Shown: positions 1 to 12,364, numbered from the whole stretch's first letter. The stretch: 63,366 nucleotides of DNA, filler included, from Octopus bimaculoides (GCF_001194135.2; 6 parts of 5 records of this genome joined end to end with filler, not necessarily neighbours in it), one strand, 5' to 3'. The notes: generated from the letters alone by a model not told the origin. Made by a program: numbers and translations.

Positions 1-140
1 TTCGTCTACCAAATCCACTCACAAGGCTTTGGTCGGCCCGAGGCTATAGTAGAAGACACTTGCCCAAGGTGCCACGCAGTGGGACTGAACCTGGAACCAT
101 GTGGTTGGTAAGCAAGCTACTTACCACACAGCCAATCCTG
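1..140 (-). mobile_element. tRNA-derived SINE family A (CORE-like), head and core
   Basis: Minus strand reads GGCTGTGTGGTAAG (A-box-like), GGTTCAGTCCC (B-box-like), then ACCTTGGGCAAGTG (CORE-like); same sequence recurs many times in the window. Confidence 0.85.
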
Positions 141-738
141 AAGAATATACTTACAACACTTGCAGCAAGTCACTACCCTTCACCAGAAAGAAATTTTTGC
201 CCACCACCACAGGGATAACAATACGATATTGAGGAAAGTAAATGATGTACATGTGCATTGAACAATCTGCAGTTCTCTTAACCCCCGAATTGTAGCAATG
301 TCTTCTAATTATTTGCCTAGACGATCCATACAAACTTTGTACTACTTTCCTATTCACCACTCTTCAACTGAGATTGTTCAATAAGAAGCTTTTTTTCCGT
401 TTATAAGTTTACCATATTTGCTGCCCGTTTTGCTTTTAACTCCCTCCATACAACAAAACTTTCCTTGTCCGTCATTCCATATCAATATCAATACATTTAG
501 TCCTCAGATCAGAAACCATATCTAATCATTTAATCCCAAGAAGTTCATTGGTCCGGAGTGTAATCCATCAATACTGTGATCTTTTTCGAACTTTAGAAGC
601 ATATGAGAGTGTGTCCCATTCTTAAATAGGCCAGCCAATTAGATTCTCTCATCTGGAACCTTTGGTTCCAATAACTCATAGTTAATGAAGATAGTAATAA
701 ACAATCTGCTTCTTTATCACGATCCATTCTCTCCCTAC

Positions 739-746
739 CCGCACTA

Positions 747-828
<82 letters not shown>
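739..828. repeat. (CT)n microsatellite
   Basis: Direct reading. Confidence 0.95.
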
Positions 829-832
<4 letters not shown>

Positions 833-859
833 TCTCTTTCAGTGACCATCATAATTTTG

Positions 860-1830
860 CCCTCGTAAGAAATGCATTTGCTCTTGAGAACTTTGGCAAA
901 GGCAATCTCATTGTTCTTGACATAACAAAGATTTCTCTTGTGCTTGACCTGAGAGCTTCCTCGTAAGGAGTTTCATTTGTCTCACATCGCTTGGATCTGA
1001 AGTTTCTTACCAGACTGCTCCATCACAGCGTATACTAACGATGGTCTCACCAGACCTCATTTTATCGACTCTGATGTATGTCAAAACTTGATTAACCTCC
1101 GTTCTTCCTTCTGTACATTAATATACAATTTACATACATACTGCCACTTCTAATAGTTACACATTACTATGTATGAAGTTCATAGCTACCTTCCATTCCT
1201 CTTTAATCTTCAGTGCACAAGTAGCATCCAGAAGCAATTAAATGAAGTGAATAGTGACTTGGCAACTACCTTTCAACGGTAACACGTCAGACTGGTCTCA
1301 TCCAACAAACAGCAAAACATAATCCTTCAGCATATTAGTAGTCTTGTACTACGACAGTTGCCCTAAATATGAACAACACACAGGGCCCTCTAAGCAGCAT
1401 TGTAGGCCCCCGGGAAAATCAGTGTACTGGGCCCTATGGTATTTATTTATTGACAGCAAAGCAAGACATACATAGATCAGAGTTGGGCCCCTAGATCTGT
1501 GCGGACCCCGGGCAACTGCCCAGTTTGTCTATGTCTTAAGACAGCGCGGACAACACGCATCTCAAATCCTCAAAGTTGTTACAAATTTTAGGTTTTATAA
1601 TTTATGATGATCTTTCATGGCGATCTTCCATATATCACATTTCCAAACTATGTCACTAAATGTAGGCTTCATTACACATTAAAAAAAAAGACCACCCTGC
1701 TATTGACCAAACTCACTCGTAACACAACACAACACTGGTCCACAGCTCTTTCAACCTTTACACTAAAACTGTTACCCAATCGTAGCTTCCTTGAAAATGC
1801 GTTTTCCAGAAAAATCACAGCTCTTTGACC
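860..1830 (+). pseudogene. Highly decayed L2/CR1-type LINE reverse transcriptase fragment
   Basis: Remnant peptides ALENFGKGNLIVLDITK (region before the AFD motif) and LQILGFIIYDDLSWRSSI (LG...DLSW motif) on either side of a MITE; many stops and shifts. Confidence 0.5.
1381..1549. mobile_element. hAT-like MITE
   Basis: Imperfect TIRs CAGGGCCCTCTAAG / CTTAAGACAGCGCGG flanked by 8-bp TSD ACAACACA (1373-1380) / ACAACACG (1550-1557); 8-bp TSD is typical of hAT. Confidence 0.6.
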
Positions 1831-2353
1831 AAGTTTTTTTTTTTCAAGTTAAACGTCAACATCGATGTCACTAGTGTGGGAGGACATGTAAAAAAAAAAT
1901 ATAAGATTGTCTCTTTTCTCCTCCCCCAACAAACAAATGGTAACAATTGACGTCACAGTTTTTCCTTCGCACGTAATCATGTGTGAGCTTATACAGGCGT
2001 GAACATCTATTCATGTCTGTGTGCGAAAGAGAGAGACAGAGCTTGCTTTGTATGCCTTGGTATGTATGTGTCTGCGTACGTGTATATATACATATGCATA
2101 CACCTGTATGATTAGTGTGTGTGTATGCGTGTGTGTTTGTTTGTGTGAGTGTGTGTGTGTCTTTTATTATTACTTTTCATTGCTTGCTCTTGTTGTATTG
2201 TCCATGGTTTTATTGTGATTATTAATAGAATGTGTTTCGAACCTCGATTTGAAAAGTTTCACCTCATTTTATTAAATAAAAACATGTACGTCACAACATC
2301 CCACTGCTTCGCTTCTATAAACAAAAGTCTCAAAGCATAGTTATAAACGCCGC

Positions 2354-2355
<2 letters not shown>

Positions 2356-2429
<74 letters not shown>

Positions 2430-2442
2430 CATTATTATTATT
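2356..2442. repeat. (ATT)n microsatellite
   Basis: Direct reading. Confidence 0.95.
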
Positions 2443-2613
2443 AAAACAATTGGTACGAGTAGGTTACCAGTCAATCNNNNNNNNNNNNNNNNNNNNNNNN
2501 NNNNNNNNNNNNNNNNNNNNNNNNNNNNNNNNNNNNNNNNNNNNNNNNNNNNNNNNNNNNNNNNNNNNNNNNNNNNNNNNNNNNNNNNNNNNNNNNNNNN
2601 NNNNNNNNNNNNN

Positions 2614-2660
<47 letters not shown>

Positions 2661-2678
2661 TACTTAAAGTGGATATAC

Positions 2679-3104
2679 CGTTGAAAGCCTGCTAAACTGT
2701 AGTATTCGTCTCGAGAAAGAATTTCTTATATAGATGTATAGTATTAAAAAAACACAGAAATTCATCAGTGTCAGACGAAAACTATCCAGCAGCAGTGGTG
2801 GCATTTCTAAATATGTATTTCAACAGCGTTTCCTTAATGGTGAGCAGGTGTGGTCACCGTTCGTCAGACAGGACTTTCCGCAGCTCGTCTCTAAAGTATT
2901 CAGTAGCACACGCGTGCTAAGAGAAAATAAGCCGCCACTGATATAGTAAAACAGTGACTGAACAATCAGTGGGGTCAGAAATACGTATTCAGCTGTTGAA
3001 ATATATTCGTCTGCTACTGATGTAATTTTGTGTTTTTTTAATATTATACGTCTACAAGAGATATTTTCTCTAGACGAATACTGTAGTTCAGCAGTCTTTC
3101 AACG
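2679..3104. mobile_element. Foldback MITE with long imperfect TIRs and a captured Tx1 fragment
   Basis: Left arm CGTTGAAAGCCTGCTAAACTGTAGTATTCGTCTCGAGAAAG...TATTAAAAAAACACAGAAATTCATCAGTGTCAGACGAA matches the reverse complement of 2992-3104. Confidence 0.75.
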
Positions 3105-3875
3105 ATGTATCTATTTTGAGTATTATACATGGATAGCTAATTTGAACTTGTACTGCTTCTGTTGTTAACAGAATTTTTGAAACACCAGTGGCCTGTCAAA
3201 ACATGTGAAAGGGTGGAGTTTGAATGGAGTTCTGAAGCCCGACGATCTTCGATGACTATAAAACTATCCAAGAGCTATGTCTTATTGAGTGGACGGAGAG
3301 AAAGTCAATATGACTAGTGATGCAACGCTAAAGACTCAGCTATTAGATGTGTTGGTTATCTATATTAATCTCGTCATTATCTTTCCTCAATTTTTTTCGT
3401 AATTTTCATAAGCCTCTTATTCCCTTTTGGAATAATGTTGCCATGTTTGGCCGGCCTGGTGGTTTACTGGTTGTTCTTTCATTCCTGAACTGAGTTCAAA
3501 AGCGAACCTCCTTTGGCAGCTATATTTCAACCCTTCTCTCAACACTAGAATATTGCTTCTTTACTTCCGTTCTGTTCTTTTTCTTCTTTTATATCTTTTC
3601 TTAAGTGATTCGGCTTTCTGCTAATTCTCATTATTTCAACCGCCGCCCCTGCTTTTAAAACGACATAACTCGTCGAACATCTGTCTCCATCAGTTCAAGT
3701 AGTTTTCATCTGTCTTTTGGATCAGATAAATAGGATCTTAATTTCTTTTAAATCTTGCGCTGATCGCTTTTGTCTTAGGACAACTTCTCATTAAACTCTT
3801 CTTTTCTATATTTTTTGTTTTTGTTTTTGTCTTTGTAACTTATAACCAAGCGGTTGCTTGAAGCTCGTTTTATTG

Positions 3876-3884
3876 CAGGTTGTT

Positions 3885-3945
<61 letters not shown>

Positions 3946-4000
3946 GCTGCTGCTGCTGCTACTATTATTACTACTACTGTTGTTGTTACTATTATTATTA
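3876..4000. repeat. Compound trinucleotide microsatellite (CTA/CTG/ATT/TGT)
   Basis: Direct reading. Confidence 0.9.
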
Positions 4001-5424
4001 TGTTTTTCTTCTTCTTTCTTCAAATTTTCTTCCATTTCTCGCCGAGTGTTTTCTGTACACCTAGGGCAGAGAAGCTCATTGTACGCATTCCCAGTTTTCA
4101 CACGCAAATTCACAGGTAAAATATGTATTTAAATAAATGAATAAATAAATAAATAAATTCATGAATGGATGTTGTTTTCACAGCGATAATGCTCTTCTCA
4201 GTACATGAGTCGTTCCAGTTAACACGATTTTTTGCACTTCCTGTAGGGATGGTAAGCCTGGTATCATTTTCAAATAGGTTTCAGTACCCTTTTTAAAATA
4301 ANNNNNNNNNNNNNNNNNNNNNNNNNNNNNNNNNNNNNNNNNNNNNNNNNNNNNNNNNNNNNNNNNNNNNNNNNNNNNNNNNNNNNNNNNNNNNNNNNNN
4401 NNNNNNNNNNNNNNNNNNNNNNNNNNNNNNNNNNNNNNNNNNNNNNNNNNNNNNNNNNNNNNNNNNNNNNNNNNNNNNNNNNNNNNNNNNNNNNNNNNNN
4501 NNNNNNNNNNNNNNNNNNNNNNNNNNNNNNNNNNNNNNNNNNNNNNNNNNNNNNNNNNNNNNNNNNNNNNNNNNNNNNNNNNNNNNNNNNNNNNNNNNNN
4601 NNNNNNNNNNNNNNNNNNNNNNNNNNNNNNNNNNNNNNNNNNNNNNNNNNNNNNNNNNNNNNNNNNNNNNNNNNNNNNNNNNNNNNNNNNNNNNNNNNNN
4701 NNNNNNNNNNNNNNNNNNNNNNNNNNNNNNNNNNNNNNNNNNNNNNNNNNNNNNNNNNNNNNNNNNNNNNNNNNNNNNNNNNNNNNNNNNNNNNNNNNNN
4801 NNNNNNNNNNNNNNNNNNNNNNNNNNNNNNNNNNNNNNNNNNNNNNNNNNNNNNNNNNNNNNNNNNNNNNNNNNNNNNNNNNNNNNNNNNNNNNNNNNNN
4901 NNNNNNNNNNNNNNNNNNNNNNNNNNNNNNNNNNNNNNNNNNNNNNNNNNNNNNNNNNNNNNNNNNNNNNNNNNNNNNNNNNNNNNNNNNNNNNNNNNNN
5001 NNNNNNNNNNNNNNNNNNNNNNNNNNNNNNNNNNNNNNNNAGCTGGTGGGTATCTAAGAGATCAGTAGCGAATTTTTTGCTCTCTTTCAGAATAGAGTGA
5101 AGTTTTCTCGGTCTTTCATGTTTTTCTACAAGTTTTAACATCCAATCGTTGGTTGTTTCAAGGTATTTGGCCAGTCCGATTGTGGTGGTTTTGTATGTAA
5201 GTTTAAGCTGGATCAATCCTCGACCTCCCTGAGCTCTGGGAAGATAAAGACGATCCACGTCTGCCTTTGGCTGGTGCATCTTATTACAAGTCAGTAGCTT
5301 GCGGATTTTTCTATCCATTTTCATTATTTCACTGGTATTCCAGTTAAGCACATTGAAGCTATAAAGAAAAGCTGGGACTACTAAGAAATTTATGGCTAAC
5401 ACCTTATTATATGCATTCAGCTCA
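4000..5424 (-). mobile_element. R4/Dong-clade RLE non-LTR retrotransposon, 3' half (gap inside), subfamily 1
   Basis: Post-RT peptide NKVLAINFLVVP..LNW..MDRKIRKLLT.NKMHQPKADVDRLYLPRAQGGRGL (5042-5420); C-terminus KMIPGLPSLQEVQKIVLTGTTHVLRRALSL* (about 4180-4290); 3' UTR ending in (AAT)n. Confidence 0.85.
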
Positions 5425-5640
5425 GACTTCAGAGAAACGTTGTCATCTGTTGATATTGATACATCGATTAGAAAGCTTTTTTTTTTCTTGGTGATCTCTG
5501 ACAACTATGTCCGGCCTATTGGCCTTAATTTCTCTATCTGTGTGTATTGGCATATCCCACAGTATGGTTGCTTTCTCATTTTCTGTGGCCTTTTTCCTGT
5601 TGTTATTCCATAGTGTTGGCATAGATTCCAGTGTATATGA
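5425..5640 (-). mobile_element. R4/Dong RLE-domain fragment
   Basis: IHWNLCQHYGI..ENEKATILWDMPIHTDREIKANRPDIVVRDHQEKK..LIDVSISTDDNVSLK (RPD..D nuclease motif). Confidence 0.8.
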
Positions 5641-5642
5641 AT

Positions 5643-5670
5643 ATTATTATAATTATTATTGTTGTTGCTG

Positions 5671-5746
<76 letters not shown>

Positions 5747-5747
5747 C
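5643..5747. repeat. (ATT)n microsatellite between R4 copies
   Basis: Direct reading. Confidence 0.95.
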
Positions 5748-6113
5748 ATTCAGTAGTTTTATTTCTATAGCGTGCTTTCACTTCACTACCGAGCGCAGTT
5801 CTGTGTGCCTTGACTATGTGCTGTGTTTTGCTGTGATGCTCTTATGGTTACTGTATTGCAAGTGTTTTGCGTAGGATGTGTGCAGTGCCCAATAGCACAA
5901 TTTTCTGTATGTTATATATATTTGTAAGTCATGGAGTCTTTGTTATGTATTTGTCTGAATATTTTTTTATCATATCTAATGCGCCCACTATAATAGGAAT
6001 TGTTTCTGTTTTTAGATCCCACATTCGAGTGGAAAAAATAAAGGGCTCATACGGCTGTAAAGATCAACTAATGATCAATAAAGTCATAACTGAAGATAGC
6101 CACAGAAAGAAGA
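5748..6113 (-). mobile_element. R4/Dong 3' end (subfamily 2) with an inverted RT piece at 6029-6113
   Basis: 5748-6028 is the reverse complement of the 3' end at about 22790-23060; 6029-6113 on + encodes KGSYGCKDQLMINKVITEDSHRKK (R4 RT domain 2-3 region). Confidence 0.8.
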
Positions 6114-8245
6114 CATATGGGACGCGATGACGCGCTGCGCAAGAAAGAAGTCTCCGGCGCGGGATGGTCTGCCTTTCGAGCTTTATCATATGCCAGACTT
6201 GTTCAGTGATTTCTTGGCAAACGTCTATTACAACTGACAGCAGAACGTGAGACTTCCCAGTGCTATAAGACGTGGCGTGGCGGTGCTGTTCAGGAAGGAC
6301 CCGAACAAAGGGGACCAATTAGATAATTTTAGGCCTAAAACTCTGCTGAATGCAGATTATAAGGTTTTGGTCAAGGTATTAGCCAAGAGGCTAGCGCTTG
6401 TTGTTGATAAGTTGGTTGGTGACGCGCAGACATACGCTATCCAAAACTGAACTATCCACGACAACCTCCACCTCACGCACTACGTCTTAGAGAGGGTGGG
6501 TAAGGCACCTGGCATGAGTGGGGCCCTGATCAATTTGAATTAATCGAAAGCTTTTTATAGGGTCGACCACCAATACCCGGACGCTGTTCTGGCGACAGCG
6601 GGTTTCGGTCCCGTTTTCATAGGCTGGATCGCTGTAATAGCGACATCTATTCGATGGTCAAAGTACACGGCCACCTATTGGAATCGTTTAGCATTGCTCG
6701 TTCGGTCCGTCAAGGATACCCATTCTCACCTCTTCTGTACGTACTGGCTCTTGAACCATTGCTGCGGAGGATGGATATTTCGAGGTGCATCCCGCGTGAT
6801 CTAGGATGCGGTAGTGTCGGGCATCTGGGAAATCGAGGTGGTCGGCACTACCTTAAGGAAGTACGAAGCGATGACAGGAGCAAAGGTCAACCAGAAGTCG
6901 GTGGGTCTGCAGCTCGGCACCTGGAGAGGCAGGTCCATGCCAACCGACAGCGTTGTAGGTAGACAAGAACTGTGGGGAGGTGACGAGCAGAGTAGCCAAT
7001 CTTACCCAGAAAAGGGCAGAGAGGAAGCTATCCTTGAAGGGTCAGCGGACGTAACGAATGTATCTACTACCACTTGACCGTCAACCTTTGCCCTGCTTCG
7101 TACCTGATAAAGTCGGGGTGCTTGCTCTTCCACTTTCAATGGAAGGGACGTGCCTCGCTCGTCAGATGGTCTATTTGTTGTCAACAGCCGCTGAGTGGAA
7201 GACTGGGAATGCCGTGGCTAATGATGCGCAGACATGCGCTGAGGCTGCAACATCTCCAGCGTTTCCTTAATGGTGAGCAGGTGTGGTCACCGTTCGTCAG
7301 ACAGGACTTTCCGCAGCTCGTCTCTTTGATGGAGCTACAGTCCTGTGTCAAGCATAGACCAAGAAAGGGCGCTTGGCACATTGAGTATCGGCAAGCGTTC
7401 ACAGCTTTCTGCCAGTTGGAAGTTCCACTATGGAGCTCTAAAGTGGATTAGTGGAGGGAAACGACGATGTACTCGGGGAAACTCTGGGTATCGGGAGGGA
7501 TCAACTAACTGGTCTTTTCTGGAGGACTTTCGGGCCGGGTCTTATGGATAACTATGGCAGTGCTATTGGGGAGCTCTGCCGGTTCGAGACAAGCTCTACA
7601 GACACAGAAGTGCTGTCAGACGGACTTGTCTGACAAGCGAGGAAACTGTCCTGCATACACTCGTCCAGTGTCTGTGCATTACTGACTTGCGGTGCTTTGT
7701 CGAACAGCCGTAGTCACGTGTAGGACGGAGCCGGTTATCAGCCGAGTCCATTGTGAGGATTACCCCACCGCCTTCCGTTGGCCGGAAGGGAAAGGCAGCT
7801 TTCCTCTGCCTTATGGCTATGGCGAAAGAGATAGTGTGGTGGACGAGGCTGGAAGGACTGAAGACAGACATTTTCTTCTTCGGCCGAGCCCTCATCGACC
7901 TTTTTCAAGTTCCACTTGAAAAGAAAAGGGAGGGTAGAGAGGTAAGTATCCCCTCCCCCCGTAATTTTATTGAAATTTGGGTGAATGTTGCGAAAATGGC
8001 TCGTGTGAATGGGCCTTTGATGGGGAGAGGTGTGCCTTTGACAGTCGGGGTGACCTTGATGTGTGGCATGCCCTGGTTGGCCCTGGGTGGAACTCCCTAC
8101 TATGGGAGAATTTTGTTGTTAAATATTTTTGTCAACTGTTTTTGTTTTTTATTGTTTACACGTTTTCTGCTTTAAACCACACTTGTTCCTTGCTTGTATT
8201 GTTCCTATGCTTTTGTGTTCGGCTCTTGTGGTGAATAAAGAAAGG
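6114..8245 (+). mobile_element. Tx1/L1-clade LINE, 5'-truncated ORF2 (RT, CCHC, 3' UTR), decayed
   Basis: KKSPARDGLPFELY, FRPKTLLNADYKVLVKVLAKRL, SVRQGYPFSPLLYVLALEPLL, C-terminal CLTSEETVLHTLVQC; T-rich 3' UTR ending AATAAAGAAAGG; stops and frameshifts. Confidence 0.85.
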
Positions 8246-8279
8246 ATTATTATTATTATTGTAATTATTATTGTTGTTG

Positions 8280-8337
<58 letters not shown>

Positions 8338-8346
8338 CATCATCAT
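8246..8346. repeat. (ATT)n/(ATC)n microsatellite shared by converging Tx1 and R4 3' ends
   Basis: Direct reading. Confidence 0.95.
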
Positions 8347-8997
8347 CTCTTTATCACAGGTTTTGTTGGAGCTCCTGGAGTCTTGCATGCGTAGCGGGCT
8401 TACTACCTGCAGCCTACGATACCATACTGTTCATTCTTTTCAGTTATCTAATACCTTCCTGATTATTCTGGCAGTGCCAAGGAGGCAAACATAGTTCTAC
8501 TGAGCACTCTATTTCAATTTCCTTTATATTCCTCTTGATGCCTTCTGATACTGTTCCCAAGGACCCAACAATAATTGGTACTATCTTCACCTTCTTCGTT
8601 TTCCATAGCCAGGCTATTTCGTACTTAAGAGGTTTGTATCTATCTATCTTTTTGCCTTCTTGATTATTCGTGGGTCAAAGGGGCATGTAACATCAACTAT
8701 ATAGTATATGCAGTTCACCTCGTCCGGTCTGTTATGCTCTAGCACCTGATCTGTTTAGATTGGGAAATCCCAGAGAATTTTGCTAGTCTTCGACTCTACC
8801 ATTCTCTGCGGTTTGTGATCACACCACGTCTTGCCTCTCTCTCTAGCCCTCACTTTTCGCCGTTTCCAATGTAGCACTTTTGCTACCTGGTCGTATCACT
8901 ACGACTTGTAATAGTTTTGGGCAAGTCTAAGGTATTCGTTCATAATATGAGCAATAGTTTCATCCACTCTATTGCAGATGCGGCACAGCGGAGACAC
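8347..8997 (-). mobile_element. R4/Dong CCHC plus RLE 3' fragment, subfamily 3
   Basis: SPLCRICNRVDETIAHI (CCHC), KILWDFPI*TDQVLEHNRPD..VDVTCPFD (RLE), CLLGTARIIRKVLDN*. Confidence 0.8.
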
Positions 8998-8999
8998 TG

Positions 9000-9185
9000 G
9001 CAAGGTGATGAGCTGGCAGAATCGTGAGTACGCCGTGCTAGACGTTTAGTGGTATTTCGTCTGTCTTTACGTTCTGAGTTCGAAATCCGCTGAGGTCGAC
9101 TGTACCTCATCCCTTTCGGGGGTCAAAAAAATAAGTACCAGTAGAACACTGGTGTTGATGTAATCGACTTACCCCGCTGCCCGAA

Positions 9186-9188
<3 letters not shown>
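9000..9188 (+). mobile_element. SINE family B (Meta-domain-like)
   Basis: GAGCTGGCAGAATCGT head; GAGGTCGAC..CATCCCTTTCGGGGGTC..AAATAAGTACCAG central domain resembling the MetaSINE domain. Confidence 0.8.
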
Positions 9189-9701
<513 letters not shown>

Positions 9702-10112
9702 GTTTTATTATGAGCTCCTTTATGCTACTTCCTTATTTTGGTAAATGTTATTATTCTACATGGTAGTGTTTATAAAGAGTGGTACCGGTCAAACAACTTT
9801 TTTACCCTCGTACAGAATAGAATTAGTTTATATGTTCCAACACCTGTGTGACCTACAAAAATTTAAATATCCGATTTAATGTTCGAAGGATGATCCAGCC
9901 TAATAATGAAGGATAGATCAAAAAATCTACATTGACGTGAATTACCGACCCATAGCACATGTTTCCTTCATAATTCTAACGCGCTTTCTTTCTGTTTCTT
10001 TTTTTTTTCTTTTTTTCTATTCTTTCTCTCCCTTGGCAAAGAGATCATCTGATCATCCTTTCAAGAATGAATAAGCAGGTGTCAGAAATAAAAGTTAAAG
10101 AAATAAAATACA

Positions 10113-10516
10113 GGTGCAGGCGTAGCTGTGTCGTAAGAAGCTTGCTTCCCAACCGCATGGTTTCGGGTTCAGTCCTACTGCGTGGCACCTTCGGCAAGTG
10201 CCTGTTACTATAGCTTTGAGTCGACCAAAAGCTTGAGAGTAGATGTGGAAGACGGAAACTGAAAGAAGCCCGTCGTATGTGTGTGCGTGTGTGCGTGTGT
10301 GTGTATGTGTGCGTGTGTGTGTGTGCGTGTGTGTGTGTGTTTGTTCCCCACAACTATCACTTGACAACCGGTGTTGGTGTGTTTACGTCCCCATAACTTA
10401 GCAGTTGGCAAAAGAGACAAATAGAAAAAGTACTAGGCTAACAAAAAATTAAGTACTGGGATCGATTTATTCTTCAAGGCGGTGTCCCAGCATGGTCGCA
10501 GACTGAAACAAGTAAA
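10113..10516 (+). mobile_element. SINE family A, full length with internal (TG)n
   Basis: Head, CORE-like segment, GTAGATGTGGAAGACGGAAACTGAAAGAAGCCCGTCG, (TG)n, 3' module ending GACTGAAACAAGTAAA. Confidence 0.85.
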
Positions 10517-10570
10517 TGGTAAACGGTATCATTCATCAAAGACACAAAATAACAAACTGTGCTGTACCTC

Positions 10571-10780
10571 TTTACTCTTTTACTTGTTTCAGTCATTTGA
10601 CTGCGGCCATGCTGGAGCACCGCCTTTAGTGGAGCAAATCGACCCCGGGACTTATTCTTTGTAAGCCTAGTACTTATTCTATCGGTCTCTTTTGCCGAAC
10701 CGCTAAGTTACAGGGACATAAACACACCAGCATCGGTTGTCAAGCAATGCTAGGGGGACAAACACAGACACACAAACACA

Positions 10781-10850
<70 letters not shown>

Positions 10851-10953
10851 TACGACAGGCTTCTTTCAATTTCGCCTACCAAATCCACTCACAAGGCTTT
10901 GGTCGGCCCGAGGCTAAAAAAGAGGACACTTGCCCAAGGTGCCGCGCACTGGG
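10571..10953 (-). mobile_element. SINE family A (head truncated)
   Basis: Reverse complement of the family A body including internal microsatellite. Confidence 0.85.
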
Positions 10954-11069
10954 TGCATTTAGAAACATTTTCGAGATGACATCGATTAAATTTTTTCATC
11001 GATTTAAAAATAAATTTTAGATATTTTCCACACTATTTTGCATGCATTATTCATGGAAGCAGACGTGAT

Positions 11070-11370
11070 TGTGCAGTAAAAAAAGAGTTTGCTTCCGAAG
11101 CATATGGTTCCGGATTCAGTCTCACTTCATGGTTCGTTAGGCAAGTGTCTTCTATAATAGCCCCGAGTTGACCAGAGCTTTGTAAGTGGATTTGGTAGAC
11201 GGAAACTGAAAGAAACCAGTCGTGTATGTATGTATGTATGTATGTATGCATGTGTGTGTGTGTGTGTGCGCGTGTGTGTACCACCGCTTGACAATAGGTG
11301 TTGGTTTGTTTACGTCCCCGTAACCGATAGAATAAGTACCAGACTTAAAAAAAAACATACTGGGGTCCAT
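11070..11370 (+). mobile_element. SINE family A
   Basis: Head, core, (TATG)n and partial 3' module. Confidence 0.8.
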
Positions 11371-12364
11371 ATAGCCGCAGTCCAATGGCTGAAACTATTT
11401 GAAGTTAAAAGATATCAAGATTTGCATGATCAATAGTCGGCCAACCCCTTACTTAATCGGCAAAGTTGATTCATTCCATGAGATTCATAGCCGAGATTTC
11501 GTTAATGCCGAACATTTTTACTGTGTGGCAAAACGAAATTTGATCCATGTTCCTAAAACATAGATCCGTGTATGTATTCATTCATAATCCTCGCTTGGTC
11601 AATTCATCGCAAGGATAATTCATCGTTATTATCCAAATCAGAATGTCACGAGGTTATATAATTGATACTATGGTTTCGGTTTGTAATGTTTGATTCAGTT
11701 TGGTTATGTACATAGTTAAAAATAAAACAAACTGTTCATTAACGCAGGGAGTCGAGTGTCAAATCGTTGATTCTCGGAGTGTTGTTTTGAGCTCGTTTTG
11801 TTCAATGTGTAACGTAAATACGAAGGTTGCAGTTATATAAGAGAGCTAACAAAGGGAATAAATCATATATTTAATTCCGTTACGAAGAATGTATTAATCA
11901 CAGCAAATTCAAAACAGATGCAGGATTGCAAAAACTTATCTATTGAGGAGAAACCAATCAAAAGAAGAAACATAGTTGTGAAGAAACGCATCAGCAACGT
12001 GTAAAAAATTACGATTCTGAAGCAAAAGTTAATTTCTTAATCATAAATTTTAATATTTTCATGTTTTTTCCTCTTTTTTTTTTTTTTCAATTATTAGATG
12101 GCATTTTTGAGTTGATAAAATATTGCATAAATGAATCGTAAACTTAGCTGTTTTTTCTTTATATATATGCGTATTATTTAAACAGTCATATATTTTTTAT
12201 TGATGTCTGATGTCTTTTGGTAAAGTACATGAGAAAAAAAAGAACGGAAAATCGCCTCAAAAAACAAGGAAATTTTAATAAAATAAGGATTTTATCTTAA
12301 TACTTTCACTGTTTCGGTTTACTTGTCAACTCTCCTCTCTGATTTTCGTTATTCCTTGTAATAT

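Noticed and set aside
3440-3870. Possible N-terminal R4 ORF remnant on the minus strand
   Set aside because: Lys/Arg-rich but no diagnostic motif
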